DNA of 64,000 bases from Candidatus Hydrogenedens sp. (GCA_049968235.1 JBMFRC010000001.1:1-64000); one strand, 5' to 3'; positions 18,771 through 29,982 are shown, numbered from the stretch's first letter. Notes: generated by a model not told the origin, from the sequence alone. Translations and numbers: made by a program.

Positions 18771-20237
18771 TTAAAAATCTATCTGGAATCGTGTTTGTAA
18801 AATTCCTAAATTACCATTATAAAGGTCATGCTCAATATTTGCCAGAGTATAATTCAAAAATACCCTCGTATTGGGATTTAAATACCAGTTTAGCCCCAAT
18901 GTCCAATCCTGTTCTTTTCCACCACGAATCATTCCACTATCCAAATCTATCCAAGAATAGCGTAACCCCAATTCCCATGCTCCCCATGAACCTGTTTTTG
19001 GTGAAAAATTATTTTTAGGTTTAATTCTGCTTAGAGTTCCCATTTTATTGTTATATGTTCGATTTTCTCCCGTAAAAAAATAACTTGTGTAAATGTATCC
19101 TCCTTGAAATTCTCTTGTACCTCCGAAGTTTGTATCTACACAGGATAGTGCCTGTTCTGCTTGAATGGAGAAAGGTCCATATATCCATAATAATTCTGAG
19201 CCTATCAAATCAACATCATCTGCCACTGCGTCTGCAATTCGGAAGCCTGCATATCGGTCTGTATCTAAATATGAAAAAGCAAGGGCACATTCAGGATTTG
19301 CTTTATAGCGGAATGGAGCACCATCAGGATTACGGTGGCTATAGGCTAAACCCAGATGTAGAAGTTTTCTCCCTTTATCTTCATACCATGGAATACCGAC
19401 TATACGACCGGTAACTGCATATCCCTGGTCATCATCACTATCATTATCCGAAGGGAAATCATCTGTCTCTTTGAATATGCCTGCCTGCCATATAAGTCTA
19501 TTTTGCAAGTGGGAATTAAATAGCATTATTCCGACATTCCGCTTTGGATTAAAAACATCATTAAAACCTCGTTCCATAAAGGTATTATAATTTGAGCTTG
19601 TCAATCGTTCCATTCCAAAAGGCTCACGGAAATGCCCTACTTGAATATTACCTATATATGGAATATCCGAAAGACCTATATATGTGTTTGTAAACTTGGC
19701 TCGACCTTCCATGTCTTTATCCCCGGCAAAATCAAATTCCATTCGATACAAAACGGAATCGTATATCTTTCCCGAAATATCTATTTTTGCTCTTCGGAAT
19801 TGTGTGCCATCATCTTCTTCTCCAAAAACAGAAACTAAATCCCCATCATTATCAAAAAAAACCCAATCCAATTGAACTCTCCCTCCTACCTGTAATTCAA
19901 AGGAACCATCCTGACTCTTGAAGGATAATCGGTCCTTCCACTGCGGGACTAATTCGGTAGAGGATTTATCTTCTTTTTTAACTTCAGGTTTACTCACAGA
20001 GACATTTTCTTTTGTAGACACATTTTCAGAGGTAGTTGCAGTGGATGTTGTTTGTTCTTTCCCTTTTAATAATACTTCTAATTCTTGAACCTTTTTTTCA
20101 AGAGACTCTATTCTTTGTATTAATTCTGTCTCTCTCTGTGTCCAATTTTCCTTTCCATCATCGGAGAAAACAAAATTTGCAGAGAAAGATAAAATTATAG
20201 GTATCATTACAATTGACAGCGTTTTGTTAAATCCCAT
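18771..20237 (-). CDS. Phosphate-selective porin O/P-family outer-membrane beta-barrel
   Basis: Signal peptide, a coiled-coil segment (ELIQRIESLEKKVQELEVLLKG), then WKDRLSFKSQDGSFELQVGGRVQLDWVFFDND, which is typical of OprO/OprP. C-terminal aromatic residue (..FQIDF). Confidence 0.7.
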   Translation of the reverse strand: MGFNKTLSIVMIPIILSFSANFVFSDDGKENWTQRETELIQRIESLEKKVQELEVLLKGKEQTTSTATTSENVSTKENVSVSKPEVKKEDKSSTELVPQWKDRLSFKSQDGSFELQVGGRVQLDWVFFDNDGDLVSVFGEEDDGTQFRRAKIDISGKIYDSVLYRMEFDFAGDKDMEGRAKFTNTYIGLSDIPYIGNIQVGHFREPFGMERLTSSNYNTFMERGFNDVFNPKRNVGIMLFNSHLQNRLIWQAGIFKETDDFPSDNDSDDDQGYAVTGRIVGIPWYEDKGRKLLHLGLAYSHRNPDGAPFRYKANPECALAFSYLDTDRYAGFRIADAVADDVDLIGSELLWIYGPFSIQAEQALSCVDTNFGGTREFQGGYIYTSYFFTGENRTYNNKMGTLSRIKPKNNFSPKTGSWGAWELGLRYSWIDLDSGMIRGGKEQDWTLGLNWYLNPNTRVFLNYTLANIEHDLYNGNLGILQTRFQIDF

Positions 20238-20567
20238 GTAAATTCTTCTTTCTATATTTAGTTAATCACAAATTGTGCCAAAAGAGAAACCTTATTCAAT
20301 AAGGAATAACTTAAGTTATTATTCTAATGTAATTTATATAGTAAAATAAATATTTTCAATAGACATATTCTCTATTCCCGAAATAATTAGTAATTATATT
20401 TGGTGAAAAAAGGATGTAAAATTATTAAATAACACAATATTTATTTTATCTTTTTTATTATGTGAAAATACTGAAAACTTTTAGTTTCAAATTATATTTT
20501 TTGCATTTCATTTCTTTTCTTTGGGGTTAAAAATTAACACGATGAATCTAAAAAAAATAATAAATGT

Positions 20568-21353
20568 TTAATGCCTTATTGCGAAATGCAATTCTTTTAT
20601 AGAGGGGAAGATGAAGTCGGGTTTTCTTTCTATCTGGTTTAACTGTTCATGTGTTGTTTCACCGGACAAAACAAGAATAGATGTTACTCCTGCACGATAT
20701 GCCATTTCCATATCTGTATATAAACGGTCACCAACCATGGCAGTATATTGGGGCTCCATATTTAAAATTTTCAAAGCCATTTCTATCATCTCAGGGTTGG
20801 GTTTACCAATATAACGGGGTTCTCTCCCTGTGCTTGCATAAAGTAATCTTGCAATGGAACCGCAATCAGGAATAGGGCCGTTTTCTGTTGGACAAACAAG
20901 GTCTGGATTTGTTGCAATATAAGGTAAACCCTGTAAAAGGTAATATGTCGCCTTCCTCAATTTTTCATAGGTCAATGTAATATCAAAAGAAATCAGGACT
21001 GCATCTGGATTATCTTGAACCAGATTAAACCCGGCGAGAGTAAGTTCATTTTCGAATGAAGGGGGGGCTACTGTAAAAAGATTTTTGTAAGAGGTATTCC
21101 TTTTTAAGAATTCAATAGTAGCCATTCCTGAGGTCAAAATATGTTCTGTTGAAACTTGTATTCCCAGTAATTCTAATTTTTTTTGATACTGTTCAGCATC
21201 CTTTGTGGGATTATTTGTAAAGAATAGAAACTTTCTATTGGATGATTTTAAATAGTCAATAAACTCTTTGGCTCCGGGAATTATTCGACTACCAAGATAT
21301 ATGGTTCCATCCATGTCCAAAAGAAAACATCGGATTTCTTCTACTTTTTTCAT
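20568..21353 (-). CDS. HAD-IIA family phosphatase (NagD-like)
   Basis: CFLLDMDGTIYLG is HAD motif I. GDRLYTDM is motif IV. 261 aa. Confidence 0.75.
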   Translation of the reverse strand: MKKVEEIRCFLLDMDGTIYLGSRIIPGAKEFIDYLKSSNRKFLFFTNNPTKDAEQYQKKLELLGIQVSTEHILTSGMATIEFLKRNTSYKNLFTVAPPSFENELTLAGFNLVQDNPDAVLISFDITLTYEKLRKATYYLLQGLPYIATNPDLVCPTENGPIPDCGSIARLLYASTGREPRYIGKPNPEMIEMALKILNMEPQYTAMVGDRLYTDMEMAYRAGVTSILVLSGETTHEQLNQIERKPDFIFPSIKELHFAIRH

Positions 21354-21530
21354 TCTTATATCTCCAATCCCTTTCTAAATTCATTGCGGAATTTTAAATA
21401 TCTTCAAAAATTAACTGTGGAAATTTCCACACTTTTTAGACAAATCATATGTAAATTATATTGAACAAATCTTTGTAAGTGACTTGCTATCAGAATATTA
21501 AAACAAAATAATTCTGCAATGGCATAATAA

Positions 21531-22007
21531 TTGCTAAAAATCATTGTAATTTGGAGTTACAAAATGTATCGACAAAAGATGATATTAAAAAAGAGTAAGA
21601 AAAAACAACAAGGCATGACACTAATAGAACTAATGTTTGCTGCAGGGGTATTAGCGTTTGTGCTAAGTATGATATTTACATCTGTTATAACTGTGGGTAT
21701 GAATCGTGAAATACATACACAACGATTGCAGGCAGAAAGTGTAGTTAATGAGATATTAGACCAAATTAGTCGTTCAGATAGTTCTCAGATATTGAATTTT
21801 CTTCCTGATATACCTAATTTACCGGGGACAAATGCGGTATTACGCGTGGAAGCGATAACAGGTGATGGAACACCCATTACATTACCCAGTCCTAATGCGA
21901 ATATCCATTTACCCAATCCTCTAGAAGTGCGTGTAACATTGACGTGGCAAACAACAGACCGTGGATATACAATAACCAAGAGAGGGTCCACTTATGTATC
22001 CAATTAA
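21531..22007 (+). CDS. Prepilin-type (type IV pilin / T2SS pseudopilin-like) protein
   Basis: Class III signal KKQQG|MTLIELMFAAGVLAFVLSMIF with G-1 and E+5. Probable start at 21564 (SD ggag). Confidence 0.7.
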   Translation: MLKIIVIWSYKMYRQKMILKKSKKKQQGMTLIELMFAAGVLAFVLSMIFTSVITVGMNREIHTQRLQAESVVNEILDQISRSDSSQILNFLPDIPNLPGTNAVLRVEAITGDGTPITLPSPNANIHLPNPLEVRVTLTWQTTDRGYTITKRGSTYVSN

Positions 22008-22620
22008 ACGCAATATACTTGGTATGACATTAATTGAATTAACCATGACAGTAGGTTTGATGGCAATTGTTATGGGAGCGTTATTTACACTTTCGTTGAG
22101 CCTGACCGATACAGTTCAAAATTATAACGCAACTATGACAGCGACAGACGAGGCACGTCGAGCATTACAAATTTTAATCCCTCGTTTATCTCATGCATCC
22201 CGGCAGACTGTAAATTGGAATGAATTACCGGGAACTGTCCTTCGATTTCGTATGCCAACGGATTTGGATGGGAATGGTACATGTGTAGATGTAAGTGGAA
22301 ACCTTGAATTAGGAAATGTTGTAACTGTACAACGGGATACACAGGACGCCAATAATGATGGGATGACAGATAATCAATTGGTCATGATTCAGGGAAATAA
22401 TGTTACTGTTCTGGCAAATCACTTATTTAATCCTCCTGAAGTGGGAAACCCGGATGGCACTTTTAATGATACCAATGGAAATGGGAGGTTAGACCGTGGC
22501 TTCTTTATTACTATAGATAATAACACTATTCAGGTTCATATTGATACGGTAGGTCAATCTCGTCGTGGACATCAGTTTGTAATAAATGTAGAAGAGCGTG
22601 TGGTTCCAAGAAATCCATAA
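21994..22620 (+). CDS. Prepilin-type pseudopilin-like protein 2
   Basis: NILG|MTLIELTMTVGLMAIVMGALF has G-1 and E+5. Overlaps the upstream gene by 14 nt. Confidence 0.7.
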   Translation: MYPIKRNILGMTLIELTMTVGLMAIVMGALFTLSLSLTDTVQNYNATMTATDEARRALQILIPRLSHASRQTVNWNELPGTVLRFRMPTDLDGNGTCVDVSGNLELGNVVTVQRDTQDANNDGMTDNQLVMIQGNNVTVLANHLFNPPEVGNPDGTFNDTNGNGRLDRGFFITIDNNTIQVHIDTVGQSRRGHQFVINVEERVVPRNP

Positions 22621-22635
22621 GAGAGGTGTTTTATT

Positions 22636-24372
22636 ATGATGATCAGACAGAATATATATTTCACTCGTCCTTGCGGAAAAGAAGAGGGTATGGCTATGAT
22701 TATTGCTCTGATTTTTGTAACGGTAGCCATTGCATTGCTCAGCATCCTCTCTGTACAAGTAATTAACCAAAATCTGCAACAAAATAGATATTCCGATTTT
22801 CGGGATGCATTCTGGGGAGTTGTTTCTGCTGTTCAGGAAAGTAAAAGTTCGATAGAAATAGGGGGGAATGGTTTGGTCGGTGTTGAAAACTGGACTCCTT
22901 CGTATAATGCAAATAATGAACCTATTCTTCCTTCCTTTGATAGTCCTTCGGTTACACCTCGCACATTACCCTCTGACCCAACGGTTCAATATTTTGCAAT
23001 AGCAGTCCCCTGGGAGAATGATAATTTTGATAATAATGGAGATGGTCTCGTTGATGATATATCCGAAGTGGATATGGTTACTATATATGCATTGGCGAAA
23101 AAAAATGGGACAATACGCCGATTAGAGGTAATAACGGATAGCACTGATGTAAATGTATGGAGAAATGCTATATTTGCGGGTGACGGACAAACCGGAAATG
23201 TAGTAAATGGAAATGTCAGTATTCATGGTTCAGTTCATGTGTTAGGGAACAATCTTTTACCTGGAAATCCCGCCATAACCGCATTGGACCTGAGTGGAAC
23301 TGCTTTGATACATAACAATTATCAGGGAGTTCCCGGTATTTTGCGACAACGGGTTCCTCCTTTGCCTACGACAGTGTTTGATGGAGAAACTGTAGATACT
23401 TTAAATGCTAAACTTCGTGTAAAACGCGGGATGGTCGGTTTATCCGGTAATTCTGAAATTGGAGAGCCTAATGTTCCAGGTAATAGTTGGAAAGAAACGA
23501 TGGATGGGACTTTTGTTAATGATGGATGGACTGGAAATCAGACTGTACCGGATGGAGGACGGGGAATTCCTAAAAATGTATTTAGTGATAATGGCTGGAA
23601 TGAACTTTATGATTTGGGGAATCGTGTTAGTTTTCCGAGACTTACAGATGATTGGCGAGAACCTGATGGTTCAAAAGTAATGAACCCGAATACGGGTAAT
23701 TGGTATAGTATGGAAGACTATTTTTCACAGGTGCTACTGGCTGACGCTGTTATTCCAAATGATGGTGTATTTAATGGAAATTTAGTATTAAATGCAAAAG
23801 GAAACAAAATCTTCTGGGATGCGACAACCGGAACTTACCTGAATGGGTCATTACCTGCATCACTACCCCCGAATGACCATGATTATATCTGGTTTGACCC
23901 AGCAACCAATGTTTTAAGAATTAATGGACAAATCCGTATAAATGGCAATCTTACATTTACCGGCGGTGGAAATGACCGTACTATTAACTATAGTGGTAGA
24001 GCTGCATTACTTGTTTATGGAGATATTACTATAGATTCAGATCTTGTTACATGTAATAACGGGGTTCCCAATAATTTTCAGAATAGTTTTCCGGTTAATA
24101 ACATTATAGGACTTATGAGTTCTAAAAACATGTACATTGGAAACACTGCACAGTGCGACATTATGGGTGCTTTTTATGCTCAAAATATGATAAAAATTTC
24201 AAAGCAAACGGATGTAATGGGAACCATTGTTTCAAGTTATTTTGACATGGGTTCACAGGTCCCGAATATTTATCAAGTCCCGGCTCTGGCAGATAATCTT
24301 CCTTATGGAATGATTGCTAATTATCCAATCACTACTTTACAGCAAGTTGGTTGGCGTGAATTGGGACTGTAA
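22636..24372 (+). CDS. Large (578 aa) PilX/GspK-like minor pseudopilin
   Basis: KEEG|MAMIIALIFVTVAIALLSIL is a prepilin-like hydrophobic N-terminus without E+5, as in GspK/PilX. A large Asn/Gly-rich globular domain follows. Confidence 0.5.
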   Translation: MMIRQNIYFTRPCGKEEGMAMIIALIFVTVAIALLSILSVQVINQNLQQNRYSDFRDAFWGVVSAVQESKSSIEIGGNGLVGVENWTPSYNANNEPILPSFDSPSVTPRTLPSDPTVQYFAIAVPWENDNFDNNGDGLVDDISEVDMVTIYALAKKNGTIRRLEVITDSTDVNVWRNAIFAGDGQTGNVVNGNVSIHGSVHVLGNNLLPGNPAITALDLSGTALIHNNYQGVPGILRQRVPPLPTTVFDGETVDTLNAKLRVKRGMVGLSGNSEIGEPNVPGNSWKETMDGTFVNDGWTGNQTVPDGGRGIPKNVFSDNGWNELYDLGNRVSFPRLTDDWREPDGSKVMNPNTGNWYSMEDYFSQVLLADAVIPNDGVFNGNLVLNAKGNKIFWDATTGTYLNGSLPASLPPNDHDYIWFDPATNVLRINGQIRINGNLTFTGGGNDRTINYSGRAALLVYGDITIDSDLVTCNNGVPNNFQNSFPVNNIIGLMSSKNMYIGNTAQCDIMGAFYAQNMIKISKQTDVMGTIVSSYFDMGSQVPNIYQVPALADNLPYGMIANYPITTLQQVGWRELGL

Positions 24373-24391
24373 TTTAGAAAGGAACTGTAGA

Positions 24392-24934
24392 ATGAGTAAA
24401 TATACAAAAAACATATCTTTTTTATCGTATTTATTATTCTTTGCTGCTGTTGTATTAGTTGCTTTAGGAATTGTTGGTGTTATTTGGGGTAAGACAGGTA
24501 GTGTGGAGGCAGAAGTTCAGGAAAGTGCAATAAAAACCTTAAATACCACACCGACATTAACAGCGGATATAGAAGAGCAATCTGTCAAAGAACCCCCAAA
24601 AGACTTAAATAATCCTGACCAATTAATTGAATATTATCACTCTCAATTAGAACAAAATCCTCAGGACCCGAATACACCAGCATATTTGTGTGCAATGGGG
24701 AATCTTTATAAAATGAAGAAAATGGATTGTGCCAGTGCTATTCCTTATTATGAAAAAGTTATTATTGATTATCCCGATTGGGAAGGGATTAAATCTATTT
24801 ATCCTGAGTTAGCATCCTGTTATGAAGAAGTAAATGACTATAAGGGGAAAATCTGGATACACGAAGAAATGATGAAAAGGTTTCCGGAGGATTCGCAAGA
24901 ATATCTTTTCGCAAAGAAAGCACTCGGTTTATAA
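24392..24934 (+). CDS. Membrane-anchored TPR-like protein
   Basis: N-terminal TM (FLSYLLFFAAVVLVALGIVGVIWG), then a TPR-like segment (AYLCAMGNLYKMKKMDCASAIPYYEKVIIDYP). Confidence 0.5.
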   Translation: MSKYTKNISFLSYLLFFAAVVLVALGIVGVIWGKTGSVEAEVQESAIKTLNTTPTLTADIEEQSVKEPPKDLNNPDQLIEYYHSQLEQNPQDPNTPAYLCAMGNLYKMKKMDCASAIPYYEKVIIDYPDWEGIKSIYPELASCYEEVNDYKGKIWIHEEMMKRFPEDSQEYLFAKKALGL

Positions 24935-25168
24935 AATTCCTACCTAATATAAAAATCCTTGATCTTATATGTCTCCTTCCAGTGTGAGTTTTGAATCCGA
25001 TTATATTTTTTGCAGGGTAAATGGATTCAAAAGAAGTAAACAAAGAGAAGATTAACAATACGACGGAACAAAAGTAAACATATTATTATAATTGCAATTA
25101 CAAAAAGAACCCATATTTCTTTTTTTGATAATCCCGGTTTCATAAAGAAAAAATCCATGAATACGGAA

Positions 25169-25390
25169 TCAAGATTTTATTACTGCGTGTTTACATTTAC
25201 TCCGTATTTCTTCGGGGCATTGGTCAATATATTTACAACAATGTTCTGATGTATCTCCGGCAATTTCACAGGCTTTTTCGCTTCGTGCCCCCAAGCGAGA
25301 ACGTGCTAATAAATGGATAGAAACCCAGAGAAACCCTAATATTAAAGCAAATGTAATTGCTAATAACATAGTAAAGAATATAGTTTTCAT
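25169..25390 (-). CDS. Small (73 aa) membrane protein with Cys-rich C-terminal tail
   Basis: MKTIFFTMLLAITFALILGFLWVSIHLL, then ..ACEIAGDTSEHCCKYIDQCPEEIRSKCKH. Last gene of the giant-lipoprotein operon. Confidence 0.45.
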   Translation of the reverse strand: MKTIFFTMLLAITFALILGFLWVSIHLLARSRLGARSEKACEIAGDTSEHCCKYIDQCPEEIRSKCKHAVIKS

Positions 25391-25467
25391 TTTTAATCAT
25401 ACCTTTGTATAGGAAAACAAAGAACTACATCATTTTATTTCATAACGTGAAAAACTTATAACGGATT

Positions 25468-28400
25468 TTACTTGCTTACATTAAGAACCAAATTTACGGT
25501 GCCATTCACTGCATTACTTATAATCGGTATGATAGGATTAAAGACATCGATTTGCGTTTTGTTAACTGTAATAGTAACTACATCTTCTGTTCCACCTCCG
25601 GCATAAGGAGCAACAGAACCGGCTAATTTCGAGAAGGTATAACCTGATGCTGGTAACGACGCACGGTCGAAAGACCACGAAAGAGTAGATTGCCCTGTAT
25701 TTCGTATAATAAATGATTGCCCTTCTACTGTATTAGGGGAATTGAAGTTTAGCACAGTCGGAATAACTGTAATTTCAGGGGGTAATATTGTGCAATAGAC
25801 ATAAACGAATCGTTCTATAGGATTATTGAATATGGAATCGAAAGAGAAATGTAGTATGCCTTGGTATGTTCCAGGAAGTAATTCTCCGCGTTCAATGGGT
25901 ATATGTAATTCGTAAGGAATTCCATTCTCGTAGATAATACGGTCTTCCTCATCAGGTTTTACAATATTTCCGAAAAATTCGCCTGTTAAGGCTTCTACAT
26001 CCCAATATAAGCCAACGGATGTTGGACGATGACTACCACCATCGTTGTAGATGTTCACTACTAAATCGTATGTATCATCTGGAAGCGTTATAACATAATT
26101 AGCATCCATAGTAGGTTGCGTTTCTAATCGAGGATATGGATTGGATGGAGCCAGATTGGGTTGTTCTTTCACATCAAATAAATTCGGGTGTGTAAAATAT
26201 TTTGATTCAGCATTTGCCGTTATTTGCGGGAAAACCACATCAAATTGTAATTGGAAGGGCTGGGTTACATTTTCAAAGTGTAAGACACACAGAGAACCAA
26301 ATGCTCCATAATCCAGTGGTTGATTATTCGGGGAAGTAAACTGGAGTATACTGCCCAGCTGATTAAAATTCCAATCAGGAATTAAACCGCCTTCTGCAAA
26401 TGTAGGTTGACGCACAGACATAGTCATGGAGGGGTTTCCACCTACAGAACCCACAGAGAATTGGAGGGAGTTGATGTTGCGTTGAATATAATCTGCATAA
26501 ACAACAATATCAACGGTCTGTGAGTTAGTGTCAATACCATCGGTTCGTAATTTGATTTGTCCCAAACGCACATCATTGGCATATTTTAGTAAGTCAATTT
26601 GTGTATGTCCAAAAGCAGTAGATATAGCTCCCTGGTCGAGTAGACATGGAGATCCATCATCCGACGGAGAATTGAAGGCTAAGTCTATTTTCACAGTAGC
26701 ACCTGACATCTGGTTCAGGGCAACAAACTCAAAAAGCAGTTGGCTTTGAATATCTTTAGCAATTGAGCGGTCACATGGGTCATTGGAATCTGTTTCAAGC
26801 CAATCTGCTAATGTAGAAAATAATGGCTTTGAAATGGGCTTTCCTACATTATCTACAGATTCGGTGATTTTATTCCGTGTAGAATACAAATGGCCTCCTG
26901 TTTCCTCTATCAATTGGACTAATATATTTTTATTTACATTTTCACCCCAGCAGAGGAAGAAAGGTCTTACACGTGAACCTTTTAGAAAATCTACCACAGG
27001 TGATATTTGTCCCGGTGGAGTGGTTAACTTTCCATCGGTTATTACTAACATAATACGGTCATCGGATACATCAAAAGGAATATGGTCCCCATCAGCATCC
27101 AGCATTTCTAAAGCACCGCTGGTTATTGCAGGCAGTAATGCAGTGGCACCATGGTCAATAATGTCCATACTTAACAATCTATTTTTTACAATATCTTTAT
27201 TAAAGGTAAAGATAGGTTCACCATCATTATTTACTAACATACGAACTGAACTGCCAAACCATTCACGTTCATTGAATATCCCGATTCCTATTTGATAATT
27301 ATCGGGAATATCATCAATAAATGCGGGCAATGTTCGGATATATAACTCTCGAATAGGGTCATTGGCTCCTGCGATTTCCTGTTCTTCTAAAGAACTGGCG
27401 GATTGGAACATACTTCCCGAAGCATCCAACAAGATAAGGATAGTGCCTTTGTGTTGAACCAATCGTTCTGATTTTACCATTGGAATGAGGAATCGACTGG
27501 ATTCCTGAATATCTAAAGGCAGGTCATCTTCTGTAATTATGAATTTGTCTGCAAGTGTAGGAAGAAACGCCTCGGGCAGAGATATGGCGCGTTGCTGAAC
27601 ATCACGAAGTGTCATAACATATCTCATTAGCGAGGGTATGCGTAGATTTGGTGGAGCGGTTTCAACTGTGAGTGTAGGAGCAGAAGCAGTTATGGTAATA
27701 AAAATGGGTGTAACTGTTTCATCGATTACTTTTACACCATTTACAGTCTTTCTACCTATTATTTTTATCTGTCCTGAGGAATTTGCTCCATCCAGACCTT
27801 CACGGTCAATAGAAACGGATATTTCCTTCCACTCTTTAATGGGTCCCTCTATACCATAGCTGAGACCTGATTCTGGAAATACCGATATCCATTCTTTATT
27901 GGGTATCAATAGGAAATCCAGTGCAGTCCCCGGATCACCCAAATTTGCGACATCAAAGGTTTTTAATATTTCACCGGGACCGAAATTCAGGGCACCGGGT
28001 TGTGCTCCAATAATTACTTTTTTAGGCACTTGGATTTCAATGATAATTTTTACGACAGGATTTTCAGGGTCGCTTGTTTGTATAAATAATTCATAGACAT
28101 CACCTAAATAAGTTAAAGTATCTCTACTTACAGCCACTTTTATTTTCTGTTCTTTTCCTTTTCCCAAAGCACCTTGAGTAGGATTAATGCTGGTTATCCA
28201 ACCGGGGATATCTGTGGTTACAATTTTCCATTCTAAAGTACCCTTACCGGTATTTTGTATAACGAACTCTTGTTCGTTTTCTTCAATTGCGAAGTTAAGA
28301 ACGGGTATTCCATTATTATCTGTTCCCTCACCCACTATAGTAACTTCAGGTATTTGTGGAACAGACATACTGGTCTGGACAGTAACGGGGGTTAGATTTG

Positions 28401-29982
28401 TTGATGATTGTACAACAGTTCCTTTTACATTGAATGAATATTGATAGGAGGGTCCTTCGGATTCATTTGCCAATGCCCTGTTAACTTTTACTTTCAAGGT
28501 AGCGGTTTGAGAACCACTTACCTGACCGGAGGCAATTCCTTGATTGTTTACGGGTATAATACTTAACCATGATGGGAATTGTGTTGTGTCAATTTCCCAT
28601 GCAATCGTTTCTTCTCCATCGTTCCAGAGAGCCAGTGTCTCTTCCGCACGAGTTTCACCAAAATTAATCTGTGTGGGAAGGACAACCAATTTCGGGGCTC
28701 GAGATGCTTCCATTTGCACATTAATAACAGAAGAACCCCAACTGGAATTTATTGTAATATTCCCCTGGTATTCGCCAGGTTGCAATATTGTTGGATTTGC
28801 TTCAACAGTAATGGTTTGAGTTCCGCCCGCATCAATATTCCCAGTGGTAGGAGTAATTTTCAGCCAATTTGAGGTATCCGGAATATCTGATGTCCACCGC
28901 CATGCAACAGGGGCAGAATTGTTGATTGTAAAGGTCTGCGTTTGTATCTCACGAATCTTTCCAAAATTAATTAAAGCAGGATTTACCGTTAATGCCCGTG
29001 TTCGCATCCGAACGTTTACAGTAATAGCATAATTGGTGGTGGTATCCCGTATTTGAAGGGTACCTGAATAATCATTTGCAGGGAGGTTTGCAGGGTTTAC
29101 GATAACTGGGACATCTATAGATTGGGCAGGAGGAATATTAAATTGTGGATTTTGAACAGATAGCCATAATTGCGCATCCTGGGATACTCCTATTTGTATA
29201 GATACCTGTTGTGTCCCCAAATTGGAAACTTTTATTATCTGTTGTGCTTGCTGTTCGATTAAACCAAACTGCATCTCATTTGGCGTTACTTGTAATGCGG
29301 AAACTTCCATTGATATGGGAAGGGAAATTTCTTGAGAACCCGCAGTTATTCTTACTGTAGTTTGATAAATACCAACGGCTAAACCACTTCGATTTACGCG
29401 AAAATTCAAAGTTACATTTTGACCGGCAGGGACTTCTCCACTTACAGGTGTTACAGACAGCCATCCTGCGTCTGATGGAATTGTTACTCTCCAATTCGTT
29501 TTAATTGTACTTTGGTTTACTATGTTTGCTTCTAACTCTGTAGCAACCGTTCCGAAATTCAGAGAAAGAGGGCTAACGGATATATTGACAGTTCCTGGTT
29601 TGGTAATACTTACAGTTATCTTCTTCGTATCTCCGACACTTTTAATTATCACCTCTCCTAAACTGGTTCCATCAGAAATACTCGAGCGGTCTGCTATTAA
29701 ATCTAATTGTTGGACTTTTCCTCCGGATAAGGTACCTTTTATTTTGCTGGCTGTGGTTACACCTCCATCATTAGATAATTTCAACCAGATGTCTGATGCC
29801 TCTGCTTCCCATGACCAGTTCCCACTCTGGCTAAATACAATGCGAACAGTTTCTCGCACAGAGGTTTCACCAAAGGTTACCGTTTCTGGTTCTACATAAA
29901 AATGAACCCATGGACAACCTGTTAGTGTTAAAACAATTAAAATGGGAGCAATAATTTTTATTATTACCATCTGTTGCCTCAT
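25468..29982 (-). CDS. Giant (1504 aa) surface lipoprotein with multiple Ig-like (DUF1573/ASH-like) repeats and a central vWA (MIDAS) domain
   Basis: Lipobox LTLTGC. Repeated ..L.FG.V..G....F.I.N.G...L.W.. units. vWA with ILLDASGSM (DxSxS). Paralogous to 30027-33863. Confidence 0.7.
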   Translation of the reverse strand: MRQQMVIIKIIAPILIVLTLTGCPWVHFYVEPETVTFGETSVRETVRIVFSQSGNWSWEAEASDIWLKLSNDGGVTTASKIKGTLSGGKVQQLDLIADRSSISDGTSLGEVIIKSVGDTKKITVSITKPGTVNISVSPLSLNFGTVATELEANIVNQSTIKTNWRVTIPSDAGWLSVTPVSGEVPAGQNVTLNFRVNRSGLAVGIYQTTVRITAGSQEISLPISMEVSALQVTPNEMQFGLIEQQAQQIIKVSNLGTQQVSIQIGVSQDAQLWLSVQNPQFNIPPAQSIDVPVIVNPANLPANDYSGTLQIRDTTTNYAITVNVRMRTRALTVNPALINFGKIREIQTQTFTINNSAPVAWRWTSDIPDTSNWLKITPTTGNIDAGGTQTITVEANPTILQPGEYQGNITINSSWGSSVINVQMEASRAPKLVVLPTQINFGETRAEETLALWNDGEETIAWEIDTTQFPSWLSIIPVNNQGIASGQVSGSQTATLKVKVNRALANESEGPSYQYSFNVKGTVVQSSTNLTPVTVQTSMSVPQIPEVTIVGEGTDNNGIPVLNFAIEENEQEFVIQNTGKGTLEWKIVTTDIPGWITSINPTQGALGKGKEQKIKVAVSRDTLTYLGDVYELFIQTSDPENPVVKIIIEIQVPKKVIIGAQPGALNFGPGEILKTFDVANLGDPGTALDFLLIPNKEWISVFPESGLSYGIEGPIKEWKEISVSIDREGLDGANSSGQIKIIGRKTVNGVKVIDETVTPIFITITASAPTLTVETAPPNLRIPSLMRYVMTLRDVQQRAISLPEAFLPTLADKFIITEDDLPLDIQESSRFLIPMVKSERLVQHKGTILILLDASGSMFQSASSLEEQEIAGANDPIRELYIRTLPAFIDDIPDNYQIGIGIFNEREWFGSSVRMLVNNDGEPIFTFNKDIVKNRLLSMDIIDHGATALLPAITSGALEMLDADGDHIPFDVSDDRIMLVITDGKLTTPPGQISPVVDFLKGSRVRPFFLCWGENVNKNILVQLIEETGGHLYSTRNKITESVDNVGKPISKPLFSTLADWLETDSNDPCDRSIAKDIQSQLLFEFVALNQMSGATVKIDLAFNSPSDDGSPCLLDQGAISTAFGHTQIDLLKYANDVRLGQIKLRTDGIDTNSQTVDIVVYADYIQRNINSLQFSVGSVGGNPSMTMSVRQPTFAEGGLIPDWNFNQLGSILQFTSPNNQPLDYGAFGSLCVLHFENVTQPFQLQFDVVFPQITANAESKYFTHPNLFDVKEQPNLAPSNPYPRLETQPTMDANYVITLPDDTYDLVVNIYNDGGSHRPTSVGLYWDVEALTGEFFGNIVKPDEEDRIIYENGIPYELHIPIERGELLPGTYQGILHFSFDSIFNNPIERFVYVYCTILPPEITVIPTVLNFNSPNTVEGQSFIIRNTGQSTLSWSFDRASLPASGYTFSKLAGSVAPYAGGGTEDVVTITVNKTQIDVFNPIIPIISNAVNGTVNLVLNVSK

